From the NCBI GenBank assembly GCA_043228905.1, contig JBHGNT010001037.1, positions 1 to 12,750 on the forward strand: a stretch of DNA of 12,750 nucleotides, written 5' to 3'. The notes under the pieces were generated by a model. The model worked only from the letters and a program-made list of their open reading frames with translations. It did no database searches and had not been told where the DNA came from. Made by a program: the position numbers and the translations under genes. The first letter of the stretch is position 1; the number at the start of each line of letters is the position of its first letter. This document shows positions 1 to 11,437 of the stretch, in pieces. Source of the stretch: Azolla caroliniana (Eukaryota; Plantae; Polypodiophyta).

Positions 1-130
1 ACAATTTTCCCTTTACCACTTAATCCGACCTTAACCGTATACCCTTAACCCCTAAACCCTAAACTCTAACCTCCTAAACCCTAAACCCTAAAACCCTAAA
101 CCCTAAACCCTAAACTCCTAAACCCTATAC
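1..130. repeat. Degenerate distal telomere-like sequence, probably a low-quality contig/read end
   Basis: Garbled units (ccctttac, ccttaacc, ctctaac, cctaaaa, ctcctaaa, ccctatac) become steadily more canonical inward, as expected from consensus error at a low-coverage end. Confidence 0.6.
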
Positions 131-3100
131 CCTAAACCCTAAACCCTAAACCCTAAACCCTAAACCCTAAACCCTAAACCCTAAACCCTAAACCCTAAAC
201 CCTAAACCCTAAACCCTAAACCCTAAACCCTAAACCCTAAACCCTAAACCCTAAACCCTAAACCCTAAACCCTAAACCCTAAACCCTAAACCCTAAACCC
301 TAAACCCCCTAAACCCTAAACCCTAAACCCTAAACCCTAAACCCTAAACCCTAAACCCTAAACCCTAAACCCTAAACCCTAAACCCTAAACCCTAAACCC
401 TAAACCCTAAACCCTAAACCCTAAACCCTAAACCCTAAACCCTAAACCCTAAACCCTAAACCCTAAACCCTAAACCCTAAACCCTAAACCCTAAACCCTA
501 AACCCTAAACCCTAAACCCTAAACCCTAAACCCTAAACCCTAAACCCTAAACCCTAAACCCTAAACCCTAAACCCTAAACCCTAAACCCTAAACCCTAAA
601 CCCTAAACCCTAAACCCTAAACCCTAAACCCTAAACCCTAAACCCTAAACCCTAAACCCTAAACCCTAAACCCTAAACCCTAAACCCTAAACCCTAAACC
701 CTAAACCCTAAACCCTAAACCCTAAACCCTAAACCCTAAACCCTAAACCCTAAACCCTAAACCCTAAACCCTAAACCCTAAACCCTAAACCCTAAACCCT
801 AAACCCTAAACCCTAAACCCTAAACCCTAAACCCTAAACCCTAAACCCTAAACCCTAAACCCTAAACCCTAAACCCTAAACCCTAAACCCTAAACCCTAA
901 ACCCTAAACCCTAAACCCTAAACCCTAAACCCTAAACCCTAAACCCTAAACCCTAAACCCTAAACCCTAAACCCTAAACCCTAAACCCTAAACCCTAAAC
1001 CCTAAACCCTAAACCCTAAACCCTAAACCCTAAACCCTAAACCCTAAACCCTAAACCCTAAACCCTAAACCCTAAACCCTAAACCCTAAACCCTAAACCC
1101 TAAACCCTAAACCCTAAACCCTAAACCCTAAACCCTAAACCCTAAACCCTAAACCCTAAACCCTAAACCCTAAACCCTAAACCCTAAACCCTAAACCCTA
1201 AACCCTAAACCCTAAACCCTAAACCCTAAACCCTAAACCCTAAACCCTAAACCCTAAACCCTAAACCCTAAACCCTAAACCCTAAACCCTAAACCCTAAA
1301 CCCTAAACCCTAAACCCTAAACCCTAAACCCTAAACCCTAAACCCTAAACCCTAAACCCTAAACCCTAAACCCTAAACCCTAAACCCTAAACCCTAAACC
1401 CTAAACCCTAAACCCTAAACCCTAAACCCTAAACCCTAAACCCTAAACCCTAAACCCTAAACCCTAAACCCTAAACCCTAAACCCTAAACCCTAAACCCT
1501 AAACCCTAAACCCTAAACCCTAAACCCTAAACCCTAAACCCTAAACCCTAAACCCTAAACCCTAAACCCTAAACCCTAAACCCTAAACCCTAAACCCTAA
1601 ACCCTAAACCCTAAACCCTAAACCCTAAACCCTAAACCCTAAACCCTAAACCCTAAACCCTAAACCCTAAACCCTAAACCCTAAACCCTAAACCCTAAAC
1701 CCTAAACCCTAAACCCTAAACCCTAAACCCTAAACCCTAAACCCTAAACCCTAAACCCTAAACCCTAAACCCTAAACCCTAAACCCTAAACCCTAAACCC
1801 TAAACCCTAAACCCTAAACCCTAAACCCTAAACCCTAAACCCTAAACCCTAAACCCTAAACCCTAAACCCTAAACCCTAAACCCTAAACCCTAAACCCTA
1901 AACCCTAAACCCTAAACCCTAAACCCTAAACCCTAAACCCTAAACCCTAAACCCTAAACCCTAAACCCTAAACCCTAAACCCTAAACCCTAAACCCTAAA
2001 CCCTAAACCCTAAACCCTAAACCCTAAACCCTAAACCCTAAACCCTAAACCCTAAACCCTAAACCCTAAACCCTAAACCCTAAACCCTAAACCCTAAACC
2101 CTAAACCCTAAACCCTAAACCCTAAACCCTAAACCCTAAACCCTAAACCCTAAACCCTAAACCCTAAACCCTAAACCCTAAACCCTAAACCCTAAACCCT
2201 AAACCCTAAACCCTAAACCCTAAACCCTAAACCCTAAACCCTAAACCCTAAACCCTAAACCCTAAACCCTAAACCCTAAACCCTAAACCCTAAACCCTAA
2301 ACCCTAAACCCTAAACCCTAAACCCTAAACCCTAAACCCTAAACCCTAAACCCTAAACCCTAAACCCTAAACCCTAAACCCTAAACCCTAAACCCTAAAC
2401 CCTAAACCCTAAACCCTAAACCCTAAACCCTAAACCCTAAACCCTAAACCCTAAACCCTAAACCCTAAACCCTAAACCCTAAACCCTAAACCCTAAACCC
2501 TAAACCCTAAACCCTAAACCCTAAACCCTAAACCCTAAACCCTAAACCCTAAACCCTAAACCCTAAACCCTAAACCCTAAACCCTAAACCCTAAACCCTA
2601 AACCCTAAACCCTAAACCCTAAACCCTAAACCCTAAACCCTAAACCCTAAACCCTAAACCCTAAACCCTAAACCCTAAACCCTAAACCCTAAACCCTAAA
2701 CCCTAAACCCTAAACCCTAAACCCTAAACCCTAAACCCTAAACCCTAAACCCTAAACCCTAAACCCTAAACCCTAAACCCTAAACCCTAAACCCTAAACC
2801 CTAAACCCTAAACCCTAAACCCTAAACCCTAAACCCTAAACCCTAAACCCTAAACCCTAAACCCTAAACCCTAAACCCTAAACCCTAAACCCTAAACCCT
2901 AAACCCTAAACCCTAAACCCTAAACCCTAAACCCTAAACCCTAAACCCTAAACCCTAAACCCTAAACCCTAAACCCTAAACCCTAAACCCTAAACCCTAA
3001 ACCCTAAACCCTAAACCCTAAACCCTAAACCCTAAACCCTAAACCCTAAACCCTAAACCCTAAACCCTAAACCCTAAACCCTAAACCCTAAACCCTAAAC

Positions 3101-5050
3101 CCTAAACCCTAAACCCTAAACCCTAAACCCTAAACCCTAAACCCTAAACCCTAAACCCTAAACCCTAAACCCTAAACCCTAAACCCTAAACCCTAAACCC
3201 TAAACCCTAAACCCTAAACCCTAAACCCTAAACCCTAAACCCTAAACCCTAAACCCTAAACCCTAAACCCTAAACCCTAAACCCTAAACCCTAAACCCTA
3301 AACCCTAAACCCTAAACCCTAAACCCTAAACCCTAAACCCTAAACCCTAAACCCTAAACCCTAAACCCTAAACCCTAAACCCTAAACCCTAAACCCTAAA
3401 CCCTAAACCCTAAACCCTAAACCCTAAACCCTAAACCCTAAACCCTAAACCCTAAACCCTAAACCCTAAACCCTAAACCCTAAACCCTAAACCCTAAACC
3501 CTAAACCCTAAACCCTAAACCCTAAACCCTAAACCCTAAACCCTAAACCCTAAACCCTAAACCCTAAACCCTAAACCCTAAACCCTAAACCCTAAACCCT
3601 AAACCCTAAACCCTAAACCCTAAACCCTAAACCCTAAACCCTAAACCCTAAACCCTAAACCCTAAACCCTAAACCCTAAACCCTAAACCCTAAACCCTAA
3701 ACCCTAAACCCTAAACCCTAAACCCTAAACCCTAAACCCTAAACCCTAAACCCTAAACCCTAAACCCTAAACCCTAAACCCTAAACCCTAAACCCTAAAC
3801 CCTAAACCCTAAACCCTAAACCCTAAACCCTAAACCCTAAACCCTAAACCCTAAACCCTAAACCCTAAACCCTAAACCCTAAACCCTAAACCCTAAACCC
3901 TAAACCCTAAACCCTAAACCCTAAACCCTAAACCCTAAACCCTAAACCCTAAACCCTAAACCCTAAACCCTAAACCCTAAACCCTAAACCCTAAACCCTA
4001 AACCCTAAACCCTAAACCCTAAACCCTAAACCCTAAACCCTAAACCCTAAACCCTAAACCCTAAACCCTAAACCCTAAACCCTAAACCCTAAACCCTAAA
4101 CCCTAAACCCTAAACCCTAAACCCTAAACCCTAAACCCTAAACCCTAAACCCTAAACCCTAAACCCTAAACCCTAAACCCTAAACCCTAAACCCTAAACC
4201 CTAAACCCTAAACCCTAAACCCTAAACCCTAAACCCTAAACCCTAAACCCTAAACCCTAAACCCTAAACCCTAAACCCTAAACCCTAAACCCTAAACCCT
4301 AAACCCTAAACCCTAAACCCTAAACCCTAAACCCTAAACCCTAAACCCTAAACCCTAAACCCTAAACCCTAAACCCTAAACCCTAAACCCTAAACCCTAA
4401 ACCCTAAACCCTAAACCCTAAACCCTAAACCCTAAACCCTAAACCCTAAACCCTAAACCCTAAACCCTAAACCCTAAACCCTAAACCCTAAACCCTAAAC
4501 CCTAAACCCTAAACCCTAAACCCTAAACCCTAAACCCTAAACCCTAAACCCTAAACCCTAAACCCTAAACCCTAAACCCTAAACCCTAAACCCTAAACCC
4601 TAAACCCTAAACCCTAAACCCTAAACCCTAAACCCTAAACCCTAAACCCTAAACCCTAAACCCTAAACCCTAAACCCTAAACCCTAAACCCTAAACCCTA
4701 AACCCTAAACCCTAAACCCTAAACCCTAAACCCTAAACCCTAAACCCTAAACCCTAAACCCTAAACCCTAAACCCTAAACCCTAAACCCTAAACCCTAAA
4801 CCCTAAACCCTAAACCCTAAACCCTAAACCCTAAACCCTAAACCCTAAACCCTAAACCCTAAACCCTAAACCCTAAACCCTAAACCCTAAACCCTAAACC
4901 CTAAACCCTAAACCCTAAACCCTAAACCCTAAACCCTAAACCCTAAACCCTAAACCCTAAACCCTAAACCCTAAACCCCTAAACCCTAAACCCTAAACCC
5001 TAAACCCCTAAACCCTAAACCCTAAACCCTAAACCCCAAAACCCTTAACC
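50..5050 (-). repeat. Telomeric repeat tract, plant (Arabidopsis-type) TTTAGGG; + strand reads (CCCTAAA)n, ~5 kb, ~710 units
   Basis: Continuous CCCTAAA heptamers. By eye the tract is perfect from ~310 to ~4975, with one CCCCC variant at 305-309. A C-rich strand at the start of the sequence is the orientation expected at a left chromosome end, with the G-strand running 5'->3' toward position 1. Confidence 0.98.
4976..5050 (-). repeat. Proximal telomere variant-repeat zone
   Basis: CCCCTAAA at 4976 and 5005, CCCCAAAA at 5034-5041 and CCCTTAA at 5042-5048, immediately before the satellite. Confidence 0.85.
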
Positions 5051-5584
5051 CGACCTGAGTTTCAAAATCTTGATTTTTTAATTCTATATCATAGCTAGCG
5101 TTGTTAGCTTCGATTCGCATGTTTGAACACAAAAATCCGATATCACACGAGCCACGTATGAACATTTTAATTTACTCACGCGCTCTTCTCAACTCCCTCC
5201 TCAAATTTGCTAATTTCGTCATGTCTCTCGACCTGAGTTTCAAAATCTTGATTTTTTAATTCCATATCATAGCTAGCGTTGTTAGCTTCGATTTGCTTGT
5301 TTGAACACAAAAATCCCATATCACACGAGCCACGTATGAACATTTTAATTTGGCTACTTGCTCTTCTCAACCACCTCCTCAAATTTGGTAATTTCGTCAT
5401 GTCCCTCGACCTGAGTTTTAAAATTTAGAGTTTTTAATTCTATATCATAGCTAGCGTTGTTAGCTTCGATTCGGAGGTTTGAACACTAAAATCCGATATC
5501 ACACGAGCCACATATGAACATTTTAATTTACTCACGCGCTCTTCTCAACGACCGCCTCAGATTTGGTAATTTCGTCATGTCTCT

Positions 5585-5740
5585 CGACCTGAATTTCAAA
5601 ATCTCTATTTTATAATTCCATATCATAGCTAGCGTTGAACACAAAAATCCGATATCACACGAGCCACGTATGAACATTTTAATTTACTCACGCGCTCTTC
5701 TCAACTCCCTCCTCAAATTTGGTAATTTTGTCATGTCTCT
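5585..5740. repeat. Truncated 156-bp satellite monomer (22-bp internal deletion)
   Basis: Reads GCTAGCGTTG|AACACAAAA at ~5628-5646, where other copies read GCTAGCGTTG-TTAGCTTCGATTCGCATGTTTG-AACACAAAA. Confidence 0.93.
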
Positions 5741-6452
5741 CGACCTGAGTTTCAAAATCTTGGTTTTTTAATTCCATATCATAGCTATCGTTGTTAGCTT
5801 CGATTCGCATCTTTGAACCCATAAATCCGATACGACACGAGCCAGGTATGAACATTTTAATTTACCGACTAGCTCTTCTCAACACACTCCTCAAATTTGG
5901 TAATTTCGTCATGTCTCTCGACCTGAGTTTCAAAATCTTGATTTTCTAATTCCATATCATAGCTAGCGTTGTTAGCTTCGATTCGGAGGTTTGAACACTA
6001 AAATCCGATATCACACGAGCCACATATGAACATTTTAATTTACTCACGCGCTCTTCTCAACCACCGCCTCAAATTTGGTAATTTCTTCATGTCTCTCGAC
6101 CTGAATTTCAAAATCTTGATTTTTTAATTCCATATCATAGATAGCGTTGTTAGCTTCGATTTGCTTGTTTGAACACAAAAATCCCATATCACACGAGCCA
6201 CGTATGAACATTTTAATTTGGCTACTAGCTCTTCTCAACCACCTCCTCAAATTTGGTAATTTCATCATGTCTCTCGACCTGAGTTTTAAAATCTTGATTT
6301 TTTAATTCTATATCATAGCTAGCGTTGTTAGCTTCGATTCGGAGGTTTGAACACTAAAATCCGATATCACACGAGCCACATATGAACATTTTAATTTACT
6401 CACGCGCTCTTCTCAACCACCTCCTCAAATTTGGTAATTTCGTCATGTCTCT

Positions 6453-8588
6453 CGACCTGAGTTTCAAAATCTTGATTTTTTAATTCCATATCATAGCTAG
6501 CGTTGTTAGTTTCGATTTGCTTGTTTGAACACAAAAATCCGATAACACACGAGCCACGTATGAACATTTTAATTTAGCTACTAGCTCTTCTCAACCACCT
6601 CCTCAAATTTGGTAATTTCTTCATGTCTCTCGACCTGAGTTTCAAAATCTTGGTTTTTTAATTCTATATCATAGCTAGCGTTGTTAGCTTCGATTCGCAT
6701 GTTTAAACACAAAAATCCGATATCACACGAGCCACGTATGAACATTTTAATTTACTCACGCGCTCTTCTCAACTCCCTCCTCAAATTTGCTAATTTCGTC
6801 ATGTCTCTCTACCTGAGTTTCAAAATCTTGATTTTTTAATTCGATATCATAGCTAGCGTTGTTAGCTTCGATTCGCATGTTTGAACACAAAAATCCCATA
6901 TCACACGAGCCAGGTATGAACATTTTAAATTGGCTACTAGCTCTTCTCAACCACCTCCTCAAATTTGGTAATTTCGTCATGTCTCTCGACCTGAGTTACA
7001 AAATCTTGATTTTTTAATTCTATATCATAGCTAGCGTTGTTAGCTTCGATTCGGACGTTTGAACACTAAAATCCGATATCACACGAGCCACGTATGGACA
7101 TTTTAATTTAGCTACTAGCTCTTCTCAACCACCTCCTCAAATTTGGTAATTTCTTCATGTCTCTCGACCTGAGTTTCAAAATCTTGATTTTTTAATTCCA
7201 TATCATAGATAGCGTTGTTAGCTTCGATTTGCTTGTTTGAACACAAAAATCCCATATCACACGAGCCACGTATGAACATTTTAATTTGGCTACTAGCTCT
7301 TCTCAACCACCTCCTCAAATTTGGTAATTTCGTCATGTCTCTCGACCTGAGTTTTAAAATCTTGATTTTTTAATTCTATATCATAGCTAGCGTTGTTAGC
7401 TTCGATTCGCATGTTTAAACACAAAAATCCGATATCACACGAGCCACATATGAACATTTTAATTTACTCACGCGCTCTTCTCAACTCCCTCCTCAAATTT
7501 GCTAATTTCGTCATGTCTCTCGACCTGAGTTTCAAAATCTTGATTTTTTAATTCCATATCATAGCTAGCGTTGTTAGTTTCGATTTGCTTGTTTGAACAC
7601 AAAAATCCGATAACACACGAGCCACGTATGAACATTTTAATTTAGCTACTAGCTCTTCTCAACCACCTCCTCAAATTTGGTAATTTCGTCATGTCTCTCG
7701 ACCTGAGTTTCAAAATCTTGATTTTTTAATTCCATATCATAGCTAGCGTTGTTAGTTTCGATTTGCTTGTTTGAACACAAAAATCCGATAACACACGAGC
7801 CACGTATGAACATTTTAATTTAGCTACTAGCTCTTCTCAACCACCTTCTCAAATTTGGTAATTTCTTCATGTCTCTCGACCTGAGTTTCAAAATCTTGGT
7901 TTTTTAATTCTATATCATAGCTAGCGTTGTTAGCTTCGATTCGCATGTTTAAACACAAAAATCCGATATCACACGAGCCACGTATGAACATTTTAATTTA
8001 CTCACGCGCTCTTCTCAACTCCCTCCTCAAATTTGCTAATTTCGTCATGTCTCTCTACCTGAGTTTCAAAATCTTGATTTTTTAATTCGATATCATAGCT
8101 AGCGTTGTTAGCTTCGATTCGCATGTTTGAACACAAAAATCCCATATCACACGAGCCACGTATGAACATTTTAATTTGGCTACTAGCTCTTCTCAACCAC
8201 CTCCTCAAATTTGGTAATTTCGTCATGTCTCTCGACCTGAGTTTCAAAATCTTGATTTTTTAATTCTATATCATAGCTAGCGTTGTTAGCTTCGATTCGG
8301 AGGTTTGAACACTAAAATCCGATATCACACGAGCCACGTATGGACATTTTAATTTAGCTACTAGCTCTTCTCAACCACCTCCTCAAATTTGGTAATTTCT
8401 TCATGTCTCTCGACCTGAGTTTCAAAATCTTGATTTTTTAATTCCATATCATAGATAGCGTTGTTAGCTTCGATTTGCTTGTTTGAACACAAAAATCCCA
8501 TATCACACGAGCCACGTATGAACATTTTAATTTGGCTACTAGCTCTTCTCAACCACCTCCTCAAATTTGGTAATTTCGTCATGTCTCT
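6453..8588. repeat. Higher-order repeat: 5-monomer block duplicated (6453-7342 and 7699-8588, offset 1246 bp)
   Basis: The same ordered diagnostic variants occur in both blocks: ccgataacac; ttggttttt + gtttaaacac; ctacctgag + ttcgatatc; cgtatggac; atagatagcg + cccatatc. ORF track coordinates agree (6756/8002 and 7115/8361 both differ by 1246). Confidence 0.88.
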
Positions 8589-11437
8589 CGACCTGAGTTT
8601 CAAAATCTTGGTTTTTTAATTCCATATCATAGCTATCGTTGTTAGCTTCGATTCGCATCTTTGAACCCATAAATCCGATACGACACGAGCCAGGTATGAA
8701 CATTTTAATTTACCTACTAGCTCTTCTCAACACACTCCTCAAATTTGGTAATTTCGTCATGTCTCTCGACCTGAGTTTCAAAATCTTGATTTTTTAATTC
8801 CATATCATAGATAGCGTTGTTAGCTTCGATTTGCTTGTTTGAACACAAAAATCCCATATCACACGAGCCACGTATGAACATTTTAATTTGGCTACTAGCT
8901 CTTCTCAACCACCTCCTCAAATTTGGTAATTTCGTCATGTCTCTCGACCTGAGTTTTAAAATCTTGATTTTTTAATTCTATATCATAGCTAGCGTTGTTA
9001 GCTTCGATTCGGAGGTTTGAACACTAAAATCCGATATCACACGAGCCACATATGAACATTTTAATTTACTCACGCGCTCTTCTCAACCACCTCCTCAAAT
9101 TTGGTAATTTCGTCATGTCTCTCGACCTGAGTTTCAAAATCTTGATTTTTTAATTCCATATCATAGCTAGCGTTGTTAGTTTCGATTTGCTTGTTTGAAC
9201 ACAAAAATCCTATAACACACGAGCCACGTATGAACATTTTAATTTAGCTACTAGCTCTTCTCAACCACCTCCTCAAATTTGGTAATTTCTTCATGTCTCT
9301 CGACCTGAGTTTCAAAATCTTGATTTTTTAATTCTATATCATAGCTAGCGTTGTTAGCTTCGATTCGCATGTTTGAACACAAAAATCCGATATCACACGA
9401 GCCACGTATGAACATTTTAATTTACTCACGCGCTCTTCTCAACTCCCTCCTCAAATTTGCTAATTTCGTCATGTCTCTCTACCTGAGTTTCAAAATCTTG
9501 ATTTTTTAATTCGATATCATAGCTAGCGTTGTTAGTTTCGATTCGCATGTTTGAACAAAAAAATCCGATATCACACGAGCCACGTATGGACATTTTAATT
9601 TAGCTACTAGCTCTTCTCAACCACCTCCTCAAATTTGGTAATTTCTTCATGTCTCTCGACCTGAGTTTCAAAATCTTGATTTTTTTATTCTATATCATAG
9701 CTAGCGTTGTTAGCTTCGATTTGCATGTTTGAACACAAAAATCCGATATCACACGAGCCACGTATGAACATTTTAATTTACTCACGCGCTCTTCTCAACT
9801 CCCTCCTCAAATTTGGTAATTTCGTCATGTCTCTCGACCTGAGTTTCAAAATCTTGGTTGTTTAATTCCATATCATACCTATCGTTGTTAGCTTCGATTC
9901 GCATCTTTGAACCCATAAATCCGATACGACACGAGCCAGGTATGAACATTTTAATTTACCTACTAGCTCTTCTCAACTCACTCCTCAAATTTGGTAATTT
10001 TGTCATGTCTCTCGACCTGAGTTTCAAAATCTTGATTTTTTAATTCCATATCATAGATAGCGTTGTTAGCTTCGATTTGCTTGTTTGAACACAAAAATCC
10101 CATATCACACGAGCCACGTATGAACATTTTAATTTGGCTACTAGCTCTTCTCAACCACCTCCTCAAATTTGGTAATTTCGTCATGTCTCTCGACCTGAGT
10201 TTTAAAATCTTGATTTTTTAATTCTATATAATAGCTAGCGTTGTTAGGTTCGATTCGGAGGTTTGAACACTAAAATCCGATATCACACGAGCCACATATG
10301 AACATTTTAATTTACTCACGCGCTCTTCTCAACCACCTCCCCAAATTTGGTAATTTCGTGGTGTCTCTCGACCTGAGTTTTCAAGATCTTGATTTTTTAA
10401 TTCCATATCATAGCTAGCGTTGTTAGTTTCGATTTGCTTGTTTGAACACAAAAATCCGATATCACACGAGCCACGTATGAACATTTTAATTTAGCTACTA
10501 GCTCTTCTCAACCACCTCCTCAAATTTGGTAATTTCTTCATGTCTCTCGACCTGAGTTTCAAGATCTTGATTTTTTAATTCTATATCATAGCTAGCGTTG
10601 TTAGCTTCGATTTGCATGTTTGAACACAAAAATCCGATATCACACGAGCCACGTATGAACATTTTAATTTACTCACGCGCTCTTCTCAACTCCCTCCTCA
10701 AATTTGGTAATTTCGTCATGTCTCTCTACCTGAGTTTCAAAATCTTGGTTTTTTAATTCCATGTCATAGCTATCGTTGTTAGCTTCGATTCGCATCTTTG
10801 AACCAATAAATCCGATACGACACGAGCCAGGTATGAACATTTTAATTTACCTACTAGCTCTTCTCAACACACTCCTCAAATTTGGTAATTTCGTCATGTC
10901 TCTCGACCTGAGTTTCAAAATCTTGATTTTTTAATTCCATATCATAGATAGCGTTGTTAGCTTCGATTTGCTTGTTTGAACACAAAAATCCCATATCACA
11001 CGAGCCACGTATGAACATTTTAATTTGGCTACTAGCTCTTCTCAACCACCTCCTCAAATTTGGTAATTTCGTCATGTCTCTCCACCTGAGTTTTAAAATC
11101 TTGATTTTTTAATTCTATATCATAGCTAGCGTTCTTAGCTTCGATTCGGAGGTTTGAACACTAAAATCCGATATCACACGAGCCACATATGAACATTTAA
11201 ATTTACTCACGCGCTCTTCTCAACCACCTCCTCAAATTTGGTAATTTCGTCATGTCTCTCGACCTGAGTTTCAAAATCTTGATTTTTTAATTCCATATCA
11301 TAGCTAGCGTTGTTAGTTTCGATTTGCTTGTTTGAACACAAAAATCTGATAACACACGAGCCACGTATGAACATTTTAATTTAGCTACTAGCTCTTCTCA
11401 ACCACCTCCTCAAATTTGGTAATTTCTTCATGTCTCT
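8589..11437. repeat. Higher-order repeat: D-B-C-E-A monomer block at 8589-9478 and 9835-10725, partial copy (D-B-C-E) at 10726-11437
   Basis: Each block starts with the distinctive monomer carrying gcatctttgaacc(c/a)ataaatccgatacgacacgagccaggt, followed by the same order of variant monomers. Confidence 0.85.

Noticed and set aside
20-51. ACCCTTAACCC at 41-51 equals 5041-5051, and CCGACCT near 25 resembles the junction, suggesting a t-loop/circle or interstitial telomere
   Set aside because: These are short, low-complexity matches one change away from the telomere unit, in a probably error-rich sequence end. Raw reads would be needed to take them seriously.
301-312. CCCCCTAAA variant in the distal telomere
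   Set aside because: An isolated homopolymer-length change cannot be distinguished from sequencing error.
5051-5228. Identity with Arabidopsis CEN178, or with 5S rDNA/tRNA arrays
   Set aside because: Only the length matches CEN178. I do not recognise its sequence here (no HindIII AAGCTT site seen), nor any 5S or tRNA sequence.
9858-10043. 61-aa plus-strand ORF
   Set aside because: It opens at a non-ATG start created by a single private SNP (ggttgttt) inside the satellite, so it is a chance ORF.
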